DNA of 64,000 nt, from contig CAWGJT010000012.1 of NCBI GenBank assembly GCA_963822965.1, forward strand, positions 192,001-256,000. The letters are read 5' to 3'. The notes beneath the pieces were generated by a model. The model did not search any database, was not told the origin of the DNA, and saw only the letters and a list, made by a program, of their open reading frames with translations. Shown here in pieces: positions 21,810-31,966 of this stretch. Source of the stretch: an uncultured delta proteobacterium (GTDB lineage: Bacteria > Myxococcota_A > UBA9160 > UBA4427). Positions within the stretch are counted from its first letter, which is position 1, and the number at the start of each line of letters is the position of its first letter. The translations under genes and the position numbers were made by a program.

Positions 21810-22892
21810 CTATCCGTCCCAGCCGAGGATCTCGAGGATCCGGGTCGCGATCCGGCGGTCGGCGCCGTCCGCGTCGTTCGGGCTCCACCGGGACGCCGCG
21901 CCGAGCACCTCCTCGAGCACGTGCGTCCAGCGACCGTGGAAGAAGTCCTCGAGCGACATCACTCCGGACGGTCCGTATCGCGCCAGCGCCTGCCGAAGGG
22001 TGTCGGTCTCGCGGAAGCCAGGACGATCGATGGTGACGAGGGGTGTGCGGTGCGTGACGCATTCGGAGGCGATGCCGTAGCCCGGCTTGGCGAGCACCAC
22101 GTCCGAAGCGGCGACCAGGTCCGGGAAGCGCAGGGGGCTCGGAAGCGCGTGCGGGAGGCTCCGGTCCCGGGGGCCGAGCTCGATCGGCAGGTCCCCGACG
22201 ACGATCCGGTCGAAGCCACGCGTGTCGGCCCGGATCCAGCCCCAGCCCTCCGGGTCCCAGCCCCCCGGACAGACGAGCGCCACGGGCCTCCGGCGATCCC
22301 GATCCATCGCCAGCCGGCGGAAGACCTCCTCGGCGGAGAGCTCCGCCCGCCGGCTGACCAGCGGCCCCGGCTCGTTCGACGGGCAGACGCTCCCTCCCGG
22401 TCCGAAGGGAAGCACGATGTGGTGCCGCGCACGCCGATACTCGTCGCGCAGCCGATCGACCATTTCCTCCGCCGGGGTTCCCCGAAGAATGGGCTCGAGA
22501 ATCCAGTCCCAGGTGAAGTTGCTCACCAGGATCGCCGGCACGCCCAGGTCCGACGCCGCCCGAACCGCCACGCCCGGAACGTCGCAGATCAGCGCGTCGC
22601 AGCCCGATTGCCGGATGGCCGCTCGTTCCTCGGCGAGCGCGGACTCCCGTTGGTCGAGCACGGCGCGGTAGAGGTCCACCGTCCGCGCCACATCCAGCTC
22701 GAAGCAGCTCCGCTGTGCCGTCCCGGGCTCGTAGGAGGCCGAGCGGTGGCGAAACGGCCCCCGGAAGTCGGCGGCGACCCGATCCCGATCGATGGCCGTC
22801 CAGAACTCGAGGTCGACGCTCGGCGCGAGCTCGCACAGGGCGCTCGCGATCTGGCAGCTTCGGGTCAGGTGACCCAGCCCATGCGCCGTCAC
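21810..22892 (-). CDS. GT-B-fold protein resembling the glycosyltransferase-like N-terminal domain of L-arabinokinase
   Basis: (AYA)VTAHGLGHLTR, SNFTWDWI, DVVLAKPGYGIASEC; true start uncertain. Confidence 0.65.
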   Translation of the reverse strand: MTAHGLGHLTRSCQIASALCELAPSVDLEFWTAIDRDRVAADFRGPFRHRSASYEPGTAQRSCFELDVARTVDLYRAVLDQRESALAEERAAIRQSGCDALICDVPGVAVRAASDLGVPAILVSNFTWDWILEPILRGTPAEEMVDRLRDEYRRARHHIVLPFGPGGSVCPSNEPGPLVSRRAELSAEEVFRRLAMDRDRRRPVALVCPGGWDPEGWGWIRADTRGFDRIVVGDLPIELGPRDRSLPHALPSPLRFPDLVAASDVVLAKPGYGIASECVTHRTPLVTIDRPGFRETDTLRQALARYGPSGVMSLEDFFHGRWTHVLEEVLGAASRWSPNDADGADRRIATRILEILGWDG

Positions 22893-22936
22893 CGCATAGG
22901 CGACCCGCCTCCGCCGATCCGTCCCTTCGTCAGCTG

Positions 22937-24109
22937 CTAGAGCGTGCAGACCTCCGCCTCCACCCCCAGGTGGGCGAGCTCTCGACCGATCTCATCGCGG
23001 TAGATCGGGTTCATCACGATCACCGCCCCCGGTCGAAGCCGGCGAAGGTCGCTTCCGGCAATGATGGGATGTCCCGTCCCCGCCTGGAAGGCCCCCTGCT
23101 TCGCGGGGTTGATGTCCACGATGGCCGACACCCGGTCCGCACCGCCGAGCGCGGTGAGAAAGCCCACCGCCTTCGAGCCGGCGCCCCAGAGCACGACGCG
23201 CGCGCCGCGCGAGCGCCAGCGGTCGAGCCGCGCGCTCCACTCCGCGAGGGTGGCGGACACCCGGCGCCCGAAGTCCCGAGCCTCCCGCACCACCTCGCGC
23301 ACGCCCTCGTCCGGCCGCGTTGCCCCGTGCGCGCGCGCGGCCTCTCCCGCGACGGCCTCGGCCATCAGGTACTGGTCCTGGTAGCCGACCCGCATCCGCT
23401 CGACCCGGAATCCACAGCCGGAGAGCAGCGTCTCGAGAGACGGCCGCGAAAAGTAGGAGGCGTGTTCGTAGTACACGTCCCAGAAGGCGGACTCGCGGAG
23501 GATGCGCAGCGACTCCGGAACCTCCACGTAGATCGGCACGCCTCGGGGAAGATTCGCCGCCAGGAGCCCGACGAAGCCGCGCACGTCGCCGATGTGCTCG
23601 AGGGTGTGACGGATGAAGACGAAGTCCGCCGCGAGATCGGCGTGCGCCCGGCCGTAGAGCTCGGCCCGGAACTCGACCCGGCCGCCTTCCACCTCCTCGA
23701 CCGGCGATCCCCGATAGGCTGGATCGAAGCCCAGCCCGGTGTTTCCACCCGCAGCGCAGAGCCGCCGCAGGAAATCCCCCTGCCCGCAGCCGACCTCGAG
23801 GATGCGCCTGCCCCGAAGCGAATGGGTCTTCACGAGGTGGTCGACCAGCTCGTCGGCGAACGTCCGAAAGAGCGCGGAATGCCCCTGCCCGTCCTCGTAG
23901 CTGGCGCTGTAGTCCACCAGGGCGGGCTCCCAGGCGGAGTTCTGGATGAACGCGCAGGACTCGCAGACCTCGAGGGCGAGGCGGCCGACCTTCTGGCCCA
24001 GCGCCTCCTCGGGCGACGCGTAGAGCAGGTTGCTGTGGACGGGCACCGCCGTCACCTCGAAGAACGAGGTGGTCTCGGCGGAGCCGCACGCACGGCAGGG
24101 CGCGATCAC
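22937..24109 (-). CDS. Class I SAM methyltransferase, NDP-sugar C-methyltransferase-like (Zn-binding N-terminus)
   Basis: CRAC...CESC, LEVGCGQG, RHTLEH, YYEHASYF, WGAGSK, VDINP.KQG; GTG start overlaps upstream stop. Confidence 0.85.
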   Translation of the reverse strand: MIAPCRACGSAETTSFFEVTAVPVHSNLLYASPEEALGQKVGRLALEVCESCAFIQNSAWEPALVDYSASYEDGQGHSALFRTFADELVDHLVKTHSLRGRRILEVGCGQGDFLRRLCAAGGNTGLGFDPAYRGSPVEEVEGGRVEFRAELYGRAHADLAADFVFIRHTLEHIGDVRGFVGLLAANLPRGVPIYVEVPESLRILRESAFWDVYYEHASYFSRPSLETLLSGCGFRVERMRVGYQDQYLMAEAVAGEAARAHGATRPDEGVREVVREARDFGRRVSATLAEWSARLDRWRSRGARVVLWGAGSKAVGFLTALGGADRVSAIVDINPAKQGAFQAGTGHPIIAGSDLRRLRPGAVIVMNPIYRDEIGRELAHLGVEAEVCTL

Positions 24110-25143
24110 GCGCGCGTCGGAACGATGGGCCGCAGGTCCTCGTCCAGCGTTCCCGCCCGCTGCCGCGCCCGGATCGTCTTGATCCGGTAGAAGGGATCGC
24201 CGAGGAACTGCTCTTCGGTGAGGTTCATCGCGCGATACGCCTCGTAGAGCTGTTCCGCGCCCTTTCGGACCGTCCACTGCGGATCGAATCCCGGGAGCCC
24301 CTTCTCGATCTTCTCGAAGCTGACGCGATAGTTCCGGGCGTCGGGGCTCGCGCCCTCGGCGAACGAGAGCTCGCAGTCGGGCACCACCTCCGCGACCGTC
24401 TCGGCCACCTCCCGGATGCGATAGTTCTCCGCGGTGCGCCCCACGTTGAAGGCCTGGTCGTGGACGATCTCCCGGGGTGCGGCCAGCACGGCCTCGAAGG
24501 CCCGGCAGAGGTCCTCGACGTGGACCAACGGGCGCCAGGGCGACCCGTCGCTCTTCATCAGCACCTGGCCGGTGGTGTACGCGTAGCCCACCAGGTTGTT
24601 CACGACGAGGTCGGCCCGCAGGCGGGGCGAGAGCCCGTAGACCGTCGCGTTCCGCAGATAGGTGGGACTGAACTCGTCGTCCGCGAGACGGGTGATGTCC
24701 TGCTCCGTCAGGATCTTCGACTCCCCATACGGCGTCTGCGGATTGAAGGCGGCGTTCTCGTCCAACGCCTCGTCGCCCGCCGCGCCGTAGAGGCTGCAGG
24801 AGGAGGAGAAGAGGAACCGCTCCACACCCGCTTCCTTGGCCATCTGCGCGACCCGGACCGACGCGTGATGGTTGATGTCGTAGGTCATCTGGGGGTTGAG
24901 ATCCCCCAGCGGATCGTTCGAGAGAGCCGCCAGGTGGATGACGGCGTCGACCCCCTCGAAGTGGCGTCGCTCGGCGTCGCGCACGTCGACCGCGATCGTG
25001 GGGACCTCCAGGGGGGCGGGGCCGAAGTCGCAGCCCACGTAGAGCCCGCTGTCCATCCCGATCACCTCGTGACCCCGGTCGAGGAGGCGCGGCACCATGA
25101 TCGCGCCGATGTAGCCCTGATGCCCGGTCACCAATACCTTCAT
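24106..25143 (-). CDS. NAD-dependent sugar epimerase/dehydratase
   Basis: MKVLVTGHQGYIG, HLAALSNDPLG, FSSSCSLYG, YGESK, LRNATVYG. Confidence 0.9.
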   Translation of the reverse strand: MKVLVTGHQGYIGAIMVPRLLDRGHEVIGMDSGLYVGCDFGPAPLEVPTIAVDVRDAERRHFEGVDAVIHLAALSNDPLGDLNPQMTYDINHHASVRVAQMAKEAGVERFLFSSSCSLYGAAGDEALDENAAFNPQTPYGESKILTEQDITRLADDEFSPTYLRNATVYGLSPRLRADLVVNNLVGYAYTTGQVLMKSDGSPWRPLVHVEDLCRAFEAVLAAPREIVHDQAFNVGRTAENYRIREVAETVAEVVPDCELSFAEGASPDARNYRVSFEKIEKGLPGFDPQWTVRKGAEQLYEAYRAMNLTEEQFLGDPFYRIKTIRARQRAGTLDEDLRPIVPTRA

Positions 25144-25230
25144 GCGAGACTCCAATCCAGAATGTAGAAGGACGCCGACGGACTCTCCGGATCCGTTCGT
25201 CGCGGCAGGCCGACCCGTCCCGGGTCGGCC

Positions 25231-25890
25231 TCAGCCCAGCAGCGTCACCTTTCGCGCGTAGAACGCCTCCGCGTACCCGCCCTCCGACCTCGCCTCGATC
25301 CCGCGCAGGCGCATGAGGCCGCGGAAGGTCTCGTCGGTGAACCAGTACCGCTCCCGTTGGCTGGCGAAGCACTTGAGGAGCGCCTCGATCTTCCGGTTCA
25401 CGACGTCCCGGGAGAGCGGGACGAAGAGATTGGGAATTCCGAGGTCGCCGTCGAACTTCGGGATCTCGTACTCCAGCACGACGTGGTCCCGGAACGAGTT
25501 CCAGGTGAGGTCGGAGACCACCCGATGATCCTGATGCCGGTCTTCCCGGTAGTGGGTGAAGACCACGTCGGGCTGGCAGCGGGCCTTTACGGCCTCCATG
25601 CGCTCCTTCAGCTCGGTGGTCTGCGAGGGAAAGTGGCTCTCCCGGTACGCGTCGATCTGGACGGTCCGCCGGACCTCCGTTCCGAGCAGCTGCTCCGCGC
25701 AGGACTTCGTCTCCCTCGCCCGCTCGGGGTCCGAGGCGAAGGTGACCCAGTGGAACTCCGCGTCCGGATACGTCTCCGTCAGCCGGAGGAGGGTGCCACC
25801 GCATCCGATCTCGATGTCGTCGCAATGCGCGCCGAGGAAGAGGAAGCGCGTCGGTCGTCCCGGACCCTGGAGATCGAAGCCGAGCATCAT
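25231..25890 (-). CDS. PIG-L/LmbE-family deacetylase
   Basis: GAHCDDIEIGCGG and DRHQDH metal-binding motifs. Confidence 0.88.
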   Translation of the reverse strand: MMLGFDLQGPGRPTRFLFLGAHCDDIEIGCGGTLLRLTETYPDAEFHWVTFASDPERARETKSCAEQLLGTEVRRTVQIDAYRESHFPSQTTELKERMEAVKARCQPDVVFTHYREDRHQDHRVVSDLTWNSFRDHVVLEYEIPKFDGDLGIPNLFVPLSRDVVNRKIEALLKCFASQRERYWFTDETFRGLMRLRGIEARSEGGYAEAFYARKVTLLG

Positions 25891-25896
25891 GGATCC

Positions 25897-26685
25897 TCAG
25901 CGCCGCTCGGCGCGCTTCCAGACCTCCCACGGCGCGTCGCCGCGGGCGTACATCTCGTCGAGCACCTGCTTGTCCTTGAACGTGTCCATGCTCGTCCAGA
26001 AGCCGTCGTAGGGGTGGGCCAGGAGCTTCCGCTTCGCGATCAGCCGCTGGAAGGGCTGCTCGACGAGCTCCTCCCCCTTCTCCATGTAGTCGAAGATCTC
26101 GCCGCGGAAGGCGAAATAGCCGCCGTTGATCCGGACGTTGGACCCCCGGATGTCCTCGATCGAGCTCACGACGTTGTCGGCGTCGGTGTTGACGACGTGG
26201 AAGGTCTGGTTCGGCCGCACCGAGACGAAGCTCGCGACCATGTTCTGCTGCTCGAGGCCGGAGATCAGGCCCGGGAGGGGCAGGTCCGTCAGGCCGTCGC
26301 TGTAGTTCGCGAGGAAGATCTCCTCACCCTCGAGGTGCTCTCGCACCTCCATCAGCCGCTCCCCGATGTTCGCGCTCATGCCCGTGTCCACGAGCGTGAT
26401 CGTCCAGTCCTGGATGTCCGTGGAGAGCAGCTGCGGGCTCGCCTCGTTTCCCCGCAGCACGAAGTCGTTCGACAGGCACTCGTCGTAGTTCAGGAAGTAC
26501 TGCTTGATGACGTCGGCCTTGAACCCCAGGCAGAGGATGAAGTCCTTGTGCCCGAAGGCCGCGTAGTACTTCATGACGTGCCACAGGATGGGTCGGTATC
26601 CGATCGGCACCATCGGCTTGGGAATCTGGTCCGAGTACTCCCGGATCCGCATCCCCTGCCCGCCGCAGAACAGGACGACCTTCAC
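25897..26685 (-). CDS. rfbF: Glucose-1-phosphate cytidylyltransferase
   Basis: LFCGGQGMRIRE..IPKPMV, WTITLVDTG, NYSDG, INGGYF, FWTSMDTFKD. Confidence 0.88.
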   Translation of the reverse strand: MKVVLFCGGQGMRIREYSDQIPKPMVPIGYRPILWHVMKYYAAFGHKDFILCLGFKADVIKQYFLNYDECLSNDFVLRGNEASPQLLSTDIQDWTITLVDTGMSANIGERLMEVREHLEGEEIFLANYSDGLTDLPLPGLISGLEQQNMVASFVSVRPNQTFHVVNTDADNVVSSIEDIRGSNVRINGGYFAFRGEIFDYMEKGEELVEQPFQRLIAKRKLLAHPYDGFWTSMDTFKDKQVLDEMYARGDAPWEVWKRAERR

Positions 26686-26716
26686 GTCTCGACCCTCCCC
26701 TCGTCCGATTCCGACT

Positions 26717-27972
26717 TCACGACAGGACCTGGACCCGGGGAATCGGAACGACGAACTTCGCGCCCCATTCGCGGGCGTGCGCCAGCTGCTCGACGATCTC
26801 GTCCTTGAGGTTCCAAGGCAGGATCAGGATGTAGTCGGGCTTCTCCTCGTCGATCTTCTCGGGCGGATGGATCGGGATGTGGGTCCCGGGGGTGTACCGC
26901 CCGTGCTTGTAGGGATTGCGATCGACGGTGAAGTCGAGGAAGTCGCGGCGGATGCCGCAGTAGTTCAGCATCGTGTTGCCCTTGCCCGGCGCCCCGTAGC
27001 CCGCGATCCGCTTCCCTTCGCGCTTCGCCGCGATGAGGAACTCCAGCAGGGCCCGCTTGGTCTCGCGCGCCTGCTCCGCGAAGCTCCGGTAGGTCTCGAT
27101 GCGGTCGATTCCGAAGGCCTCCTCTTTGCCGCGGAGCTGCTCGAGGCGCTCGGTGGGCTCGTGGGACGCGTCCCGGAGGGTTCCGTACACGCGGATCGAG
27201 CCACCGTGGGTCCACAGCTCCTCGACGTCGAAGACCCGGAGTCCGTGGTGCGCGAAGATCTTCTCCAGCGTGTGGAGCGAGAAGTAGGAGAAGTGCTCGT
27301 GGTAGATCTGGTCGAACTGGTTCTCCTCCATCGTGCGCAGCAGATGGGGGAACTCGATCGTGACCACGCCCTCGGGCTTCAGGACCAGCCGGATTCCGGA
27401 GACGAACGAATTCAGGTCCGGCACCTGGGCGAGAACGTTGTTGGCGACGACGAGGTCCGCCTGGAGCCCTTCGTTGCGCAGGGTCTTCGCGTACTCCTCG
27501 CTGAAGAACTCGACCCGGGTCGGGACGTTCCTCTCCTCCGCCACCTTCGCCACGTTGGCGGCCGGCTCGATGCCCAGGGCGGGAATGCCGGCCTCGACGA
27601 AGTTCGTGAGCAGGTAGCCGTCGTTGCTCGCCAGCTCGATCACCTGGCTCCGAGGCCCCAGCTTCCAGCGCGCGATCTGCGCTTCCGAGTAGACCCGCGC
27701 GTGCTCGAGCCAGGCCGACGAATACGACGAGAAGTAGGCGTACTCGCCGAAGATCTCCTCGGGACTGACGTACTCCTCGAGCTGGACGAGGAAGCACTCC
27801 CCGCACACCCAGGCGTGGAGGGGATAGAAGACCTCCCCCTGGTTCAGCGCGTCGGCCGGGAGGAAGCTCTCGCAGGGGGGGAGGAGCCGAGGTCCGCGAA
27901 GCTCTCGGACAGCGGGGCGCCGCAGAATCGGCAGCCGGCCGGATCTCCCTCTCGCACGTTCGATGCACTCAT
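26717..27972 (-). CDS. NDP-hexose C-methyltransferase-like protein (~418 aa), -1 frameshift in a G7 run at 27875-27881
   Basis: N-terminus MSASN...CRFCG...DLGSSP in one frame, then CESFL...YPLHAWVCGECFLVQL, ELASNDGYLL, FDQIYHEHFSY, GYGAPGKGNT in the next. Confidence 0.85.
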
Positions 27973-27998
27973 CCTGCTCTTCCTCACGCTGCTCTGGT

Positions 27999-29189
27999 TC
28001 ACGTCCCCTGGGAGACGTCGATGATCTGCGGCTTCAGCCCCATCCCGTGGAGCTGGGACGCGATCTCCTCGCGGTAGACCGGATTCATGACCACGACCAC
28101 GTCCGGTGGATCGGTCAGCAGCCACTCGGGGCTGACGATTTCCTGGCCCCCGCCGGCGAGAAAGCTCCCCTGCTTGCCGGGGTTGATGTCGACGACCTGC
28201 CGGATGCAGTCGGCTTCGCGAACCAGGCTGATGAAGGAGACGGCCTTGGCGCCCCCGCCCCACAGGACGACGCGCTGGTCCTTCTGCCGCAGCTCGTGGA
28301 TGCGCGCGTTCCAGGCGTCGCGCATGCGAGCGAACTCCTGCGCGTACCCGTCGACGAGCGCCGCCAGCGTCGGATCGAGACGGGGCTCGGGCAGCGAGGA
28401 CGCATTCCAGGACGGGTCGATCCGCGCCTCGACCGCTGCGAACTGCCCGTAGTAGCAGTCGTGCACGTCGAGGACCTCGAACCCGGCGGCCCGGAAGGCG
28501 TACTCCAGCGAGCTCGGAACGAAGTAGCTGGTGTGCTCGTAGATGACGTCCCAGATCGAACGCTCGCGCAGCGCCAGGTGTGCGTTGGGCACCTCGAAGT
28601 AGAGCACCGTCTCGGGCCGGCCCTCGAGGTTCCGTCGCACCAGGCGCAGGAGCTCGGCGGGCGCGTCGAGATGCTCGAGCATGTGCCGGCAGCAGATCAG
28701 GTCGACTTGCCGCTCCGCCTCGCGTTCGGTGTAGTAGCCGGTGATGACCCGGGCCCGGGTGCCCAGGAGCGGATCGGCGCGACCCGGCTCGTGGCTCGGA
28801 TCGAAGCCCGTTCCCCGGTTGTCTCCCAGCTCGCAGAGCAGCCCCAGGAATCGCCCGCTTCCGGCGCCGATCTCGATGACGTCCCGGTCGCGGACGTCGT
28901 ATCGCTCGATCAGACGCTCGCACAGCGCGCGCTCGTAGGCCTGGAAGGTCGGCGAGAAGCCCAGCGCGTTGTCGTACTTCAGGCTGTAGTCGATGAGGTC
29001 CTCGTCGAAGGCCTCGTTGTGGATGAACCCGCAACGCCGGCAGAAGGCCAGCCGGATGTCACCCCGGGGACAGGCCGCGGCGGCCTCGGCGTCCGGCCAG
29101 ACGACCCCCACGTGCACCGGAACCTCGTCGATCTCGAGGAAGACCTCGAACGAGTCGGAGCTGCAGATCGGACATCGTCGAACGGTCAT
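27999..29189 (-). CDS. Class I SAM methyltransferase, NDP-sugar C-methyltransferase-like
   Basis: CPIC...CRRC, IEIGAGSG, RHMLEH, IYEHTSYF, WGGGAK, VDINPGKQG; paralogue of 22937..24109. Confidence 0.85.
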   Translation of the reverse strand: MTVRRCPICSSDSFEVFLEIDEVPVHVGVVWPDAEAAAACPRGDIRLAFCRRCGFIHNEAFDEDLIDYSLKYDNALGFSPTFQAYERALCERLIERYDVRDRDVIEIGAGSGRFLGLLCELGDNRGTGFDPSHEPGRADPLLGTRARVITGYYTEREAERQVDLICCRHMLEHLDAPAELLRLVRRNLEGRPETVLYFEVPNAHLALRERSIWDVIYEHTSYFVPSSLEYAFRAAGFEVLDVHDCYYGQFAAVEARIDPSWNASSLPEPRLDPTLAALVDGYAQEFARMRDAWNARIHELRQKDQRVVLWGGGAKAVSFISLVREADCIRQVVDINPGKQGSFLAGGGQEIVSPEWLLTDPPDVVVVMNPVYREEIASQLHGMGLKPQIIDVSQGT

Positions 29190-29432
29190 GATTCGGATCT
29201 TCCTTGCCCAGGGCGCACCAGAGAGTCCTTCGTGTGTGTCCCAGCGGCCAGCAGCGTGACGCCCTTTCGGTGGAATTCGCGGCGCGGACGCGACAGGAGG
29301 CACAGGATCCGACCCACCGCCCTGCTCCGCTGCGGATCCCTGCGGGGACTCAACAGGCACCCGTGGCGAACAGGGTAGGACACCCGAGCGCCGTTCCCCC
29401 TGGAGACCCCGGAGTGGGCGCCCGGCGAAGCC

Positions 29433-30230
29433 CTAGGGAGCGCCGGGGCGCCGGAGCGGATCCGATCCGTCCGGCGGTGCGGGGGCCCCGGCGTGACGGT
29501 CTCGCAACCCCTGCTCGTAGGCAGCCGGAGCGAACATGCCGAGCCATACCGCAACGACGATGGGCAGGTAGAGCAGACCACGGCAGGCCGTCACCCACGC
29601 CGTCAGCGTGTGGTGGCCGGCGCCGTACGCCCAACCCGCCAAGGTGCCGAGCCCACAGATGGCGGCGAAGCAGATGCACGCCACGGTCCACAGCAGGAAG
29701 CGGTTCGAGATGACCGGGTCGCCGATGCCCAGCCGCAGCTGGCGGCGCGAGCGGAGCCACTGGCTCCCGGTCTCGAAGGTGCCCCACGCGAAGGGAAGCG
29801 CGATGGAGAGCTGGCTCGCGATGTAGCTGGGAAGCGACGGGTCGTAGCGCGACCAGTGGGACTGGCTCGCGTAGTCCCACGCCAGCGAGGCGCCCAGGAG
29901 CCCGATCCCACCGACGGCCGCGGCGGCGGCCCAGAACCGCCCGGGGTGGAAGACCCAGGCCACGAAGACGAACAGACCGGCGATCCCGAGGCGCATCGCG
30001 ATCTCGCCTCCGATCGCCACGATCGTCGCGAGGGACGTCTCCCCGAGCCGTTCGCCCACGGTGATCGCCGCCAGGCCGGCCCCACCGACTAAGATCATCG
30101 TGGCGGCGAGGCCGCTGGGACCGAGGCCTCCCTCGCGCCGGGCGAGGCCGGCGAGACGGGTGCCGGCCAGGAGACCCACCGCGGCGAAGGCCACCTTGCC
30201 TGCAATCAGGATGCTGGATGCGAGCTCCAC
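29433..30230 (-). CDS. Hypothetical integral membrane protein (about 7 TM)
   Basis: C-terminal part of ORF 29433..31799; about seven hydrophobic helices; RLGIGDPVISNRFLLW segment. Confidence 0.65.
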   Translation of the reverse strand: MELASSILIAGKVAFAAVGLLAGTRLAGLARREGGLGPSGLAATMILVGGAGLAAITVGERLGETSLATIVAIGGEIAMRLGIAGLFVFVAWVFHPGRFWAAAAAVGGIGLLGASLAWDYASQSHWSRYDPSLPSYIASQLSIALPFAWGTFETGSQWLRSRRQLRLGIGDPVISNRFLLWTVACICFAAICGLGTLAGWAYGAGHHTLTAWVTACRGLLYLPIVVAVWLGMFAPAAYEQGLRDRHAGAPAPPDGSDPLRRPGAP

Positions 30231-30386
30231 GACGCCCCCAGGAACGTTCGCTCTTCCGGATCTGCCCCGGACTCGGACCTTCCGTATCGGAGCGCGGCAG
30301 CCTCGGCCTGAGAGGTGCTTCGAAAGCCCGGCGACGCAACGTGCGCTCGTCTTGGGGGGGCGATTCAACTCCACTATCGTGCGACC

Positions 30387-31895
30387 GTGACCGATCCGAA
30401 CGGCATGAGCGGTCGCCCTTCCCAGGATCTCGCCGGACCGGGACGAAGCGTTCCGCTGTACGTGGATCTCGACGGCACGCTCGTCGCGAGCGACACCTTG
30501 TGGGAATCGCTGTGCCTGCTCGTCCGCCGCCACCCCGCGACCGCGCTGCGGGCGCCCGGCTGGCTGCGCGAGGGGAAGGCCCGCTTCAAGGGCCGGGTCG
30601 CCGAGCGCGTCCTGCCCGACGCGAGCCTGCTGCCCTATCGGCCGGAGGTGCTCGCCCACCTGCGGAGCGAGCGTGCGGCGGGCCGGCGGATCGTGCTGGC
30701 CACGGCGGCCGATCATCGCGTGGCGCGCGCCGTCGCCGAGCAGCTGGCGCTCTTCGACGACGTGCTGGCGAGCGAGGGAGACCGCAACCTCTCCGGTGCT
30801 GCAAAGCGAGAGGCCATCGAGAAGCACAGCGGTGGCGAGCCCTGGGCCTACCTGGGAAGCTCCGCCGAAGACGTCGAGGTGTGGCGGGGGGCCGCCGCGG
30901 CGGTCCTCGTGGCGCCCGACCGGCGCGCCCGGGAGGGCGTCGCGCGGCTCGGCATCCCCAGCCACGAAGTTCCCGCCCCGAATCGAGCCCTCGCGCCGGT
31001 TGTTCGCGCCCTGCGTCCCCACCAGTGGGTGAAGAACGGGCTGCTCTTCGTGCCCATCGTGCTCGCCCAGGAGCTCTCGGACCTCTCCCGGCTCGCCGCG
31101 GTGGCCGTCGGCTTCCTGGCCTTCTGCGCGGTCGCGTCGACGGGATACCTGGCGAACGACCTGCTCGACATCGAGGCCGATCGCCGGCACGGCGGGAAGC
31201 AGAGCCGCCCGTTCGCCGCCGGGAAGCTCTCGATCCCGACCGGCGTGGCCACCGGCGCGGGACTCCTGCTGCTCGGCTTCGGCATCTCCCTCGCCGCCCT
31301 GCCCTGGGCGTTCACGGGCATGCTGGCCCTCTACCTGACCCTCACCCTGTCCTACTCGTTCGCGTTCAAGGAGCGGCTCTTCGTCGACGTCCTGCTGCTG
31401 GCCGGGCTCTACACGCATCGGGTGCTGTCGGGCGGCGTCGCGGCGCACGTCGAGGTGTCGACCTGGCTGCTCGCCTTCTCGGTCTTCTTCTTCCTGAGCC
31501 TGGCCCTGGTCAAGCGATACGCGGAGCTGCTGGCAACCCCGGTCGGGGGCGTCGAGGACGAGGCGCGCACGAACGCGAAGCTCGCGCGCCGGGCGTACCG
31601 CCCCCAGGACACGGGCCTCGTGGAGTCCATGGGCGTCTCGAGCGGCTACCTCTCGGTCCTGGTGCTCGGCCTCTACGTGAGCCGGGAGGACGTGACCCGC
31701 TACTACGCGAGCCCCGACCTCCTGTGGCTGATCTCGCCGCTGATGCTCTACTGGATCTCGCGCATCTGGCTGCTGGCGAGACGCGGGGAGATGTCGCACG
31801 ACCCGGTGCTCTTCGCAGCCACGGACGGGGTCAGCTACCTGACCGGTGCCGGCGTCGTGGCCATCGGCCTGCTCGCGGCGCTGCTGGGACGCTGA
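30387..31895 (+). CDS. UbiA-family prenyltransferase with N-terminal HAD-like domain (decaprenyl-phosphate phosphoribosyltransferase-like)
   Basis: VDLDGTL (HAD), LRPHQWVKN, YLANDLLD..ADRRH..K..RPFAAG, SLALVKRYAE, HDPV.FA; start 30387 or 30405. Confidence 0.88.
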   Translation: MTDPNGMSGRPSQDLAGPGRSVPLYVDLDGTLVASDTLWESLCLLVRRHPATALRAPGWLREGKARFKGRVAERVLPDASLLPYRPEVLAHLRSERAAGRRIVLATAADHRVARAVAEQLALFDDVLASEGDRNLSGAAKREAIEKHSGGEPWAYLGSSAEDVEVWRGAAAAVLVAPDRRAREGVARLGIPSHEVPAPNRALAPVVRALRPHQWVKNGLLFVPIVLAQELSDLSRLAAVAVGFLAFCAVASTGYLANDLLDIEADRRHGGKQSRPFAAGKLSIPTGVATGAGLLLLGFGISLAALPWAFTGMLALYLTLTLSYSFAFKERLFVDVLLLAGLYTHRVLSGGVAAHVEVSTWLLAFSVFFFLSLALVKRYAELLATPVGGVEDEARTNAKLARRAYRPQDTGLVESMGVSSGYLSVLVLGLYVSREDVTRYYASPDLLWLISPLMLYWISRIWLLARRGEMSHDPVLFAATDGVSYLTGAGVVAIGLLAALLGR

Positions 31896-31966
31896 GCGGC
31901 CGCACCGCCCTGCGCATCGCGGGTAGGCGCAAGGATGGTAGGGTCAGCCGCGGCGCAGGTCGTACT

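Noticed and set aside
29190..29432. Riboswitch or ops/JUMPstart leader ahead of the methyltransferase operon
   Set aside because: No consensus I can recognise; only a partial GGCGGTGG match, which is common at this GC content.
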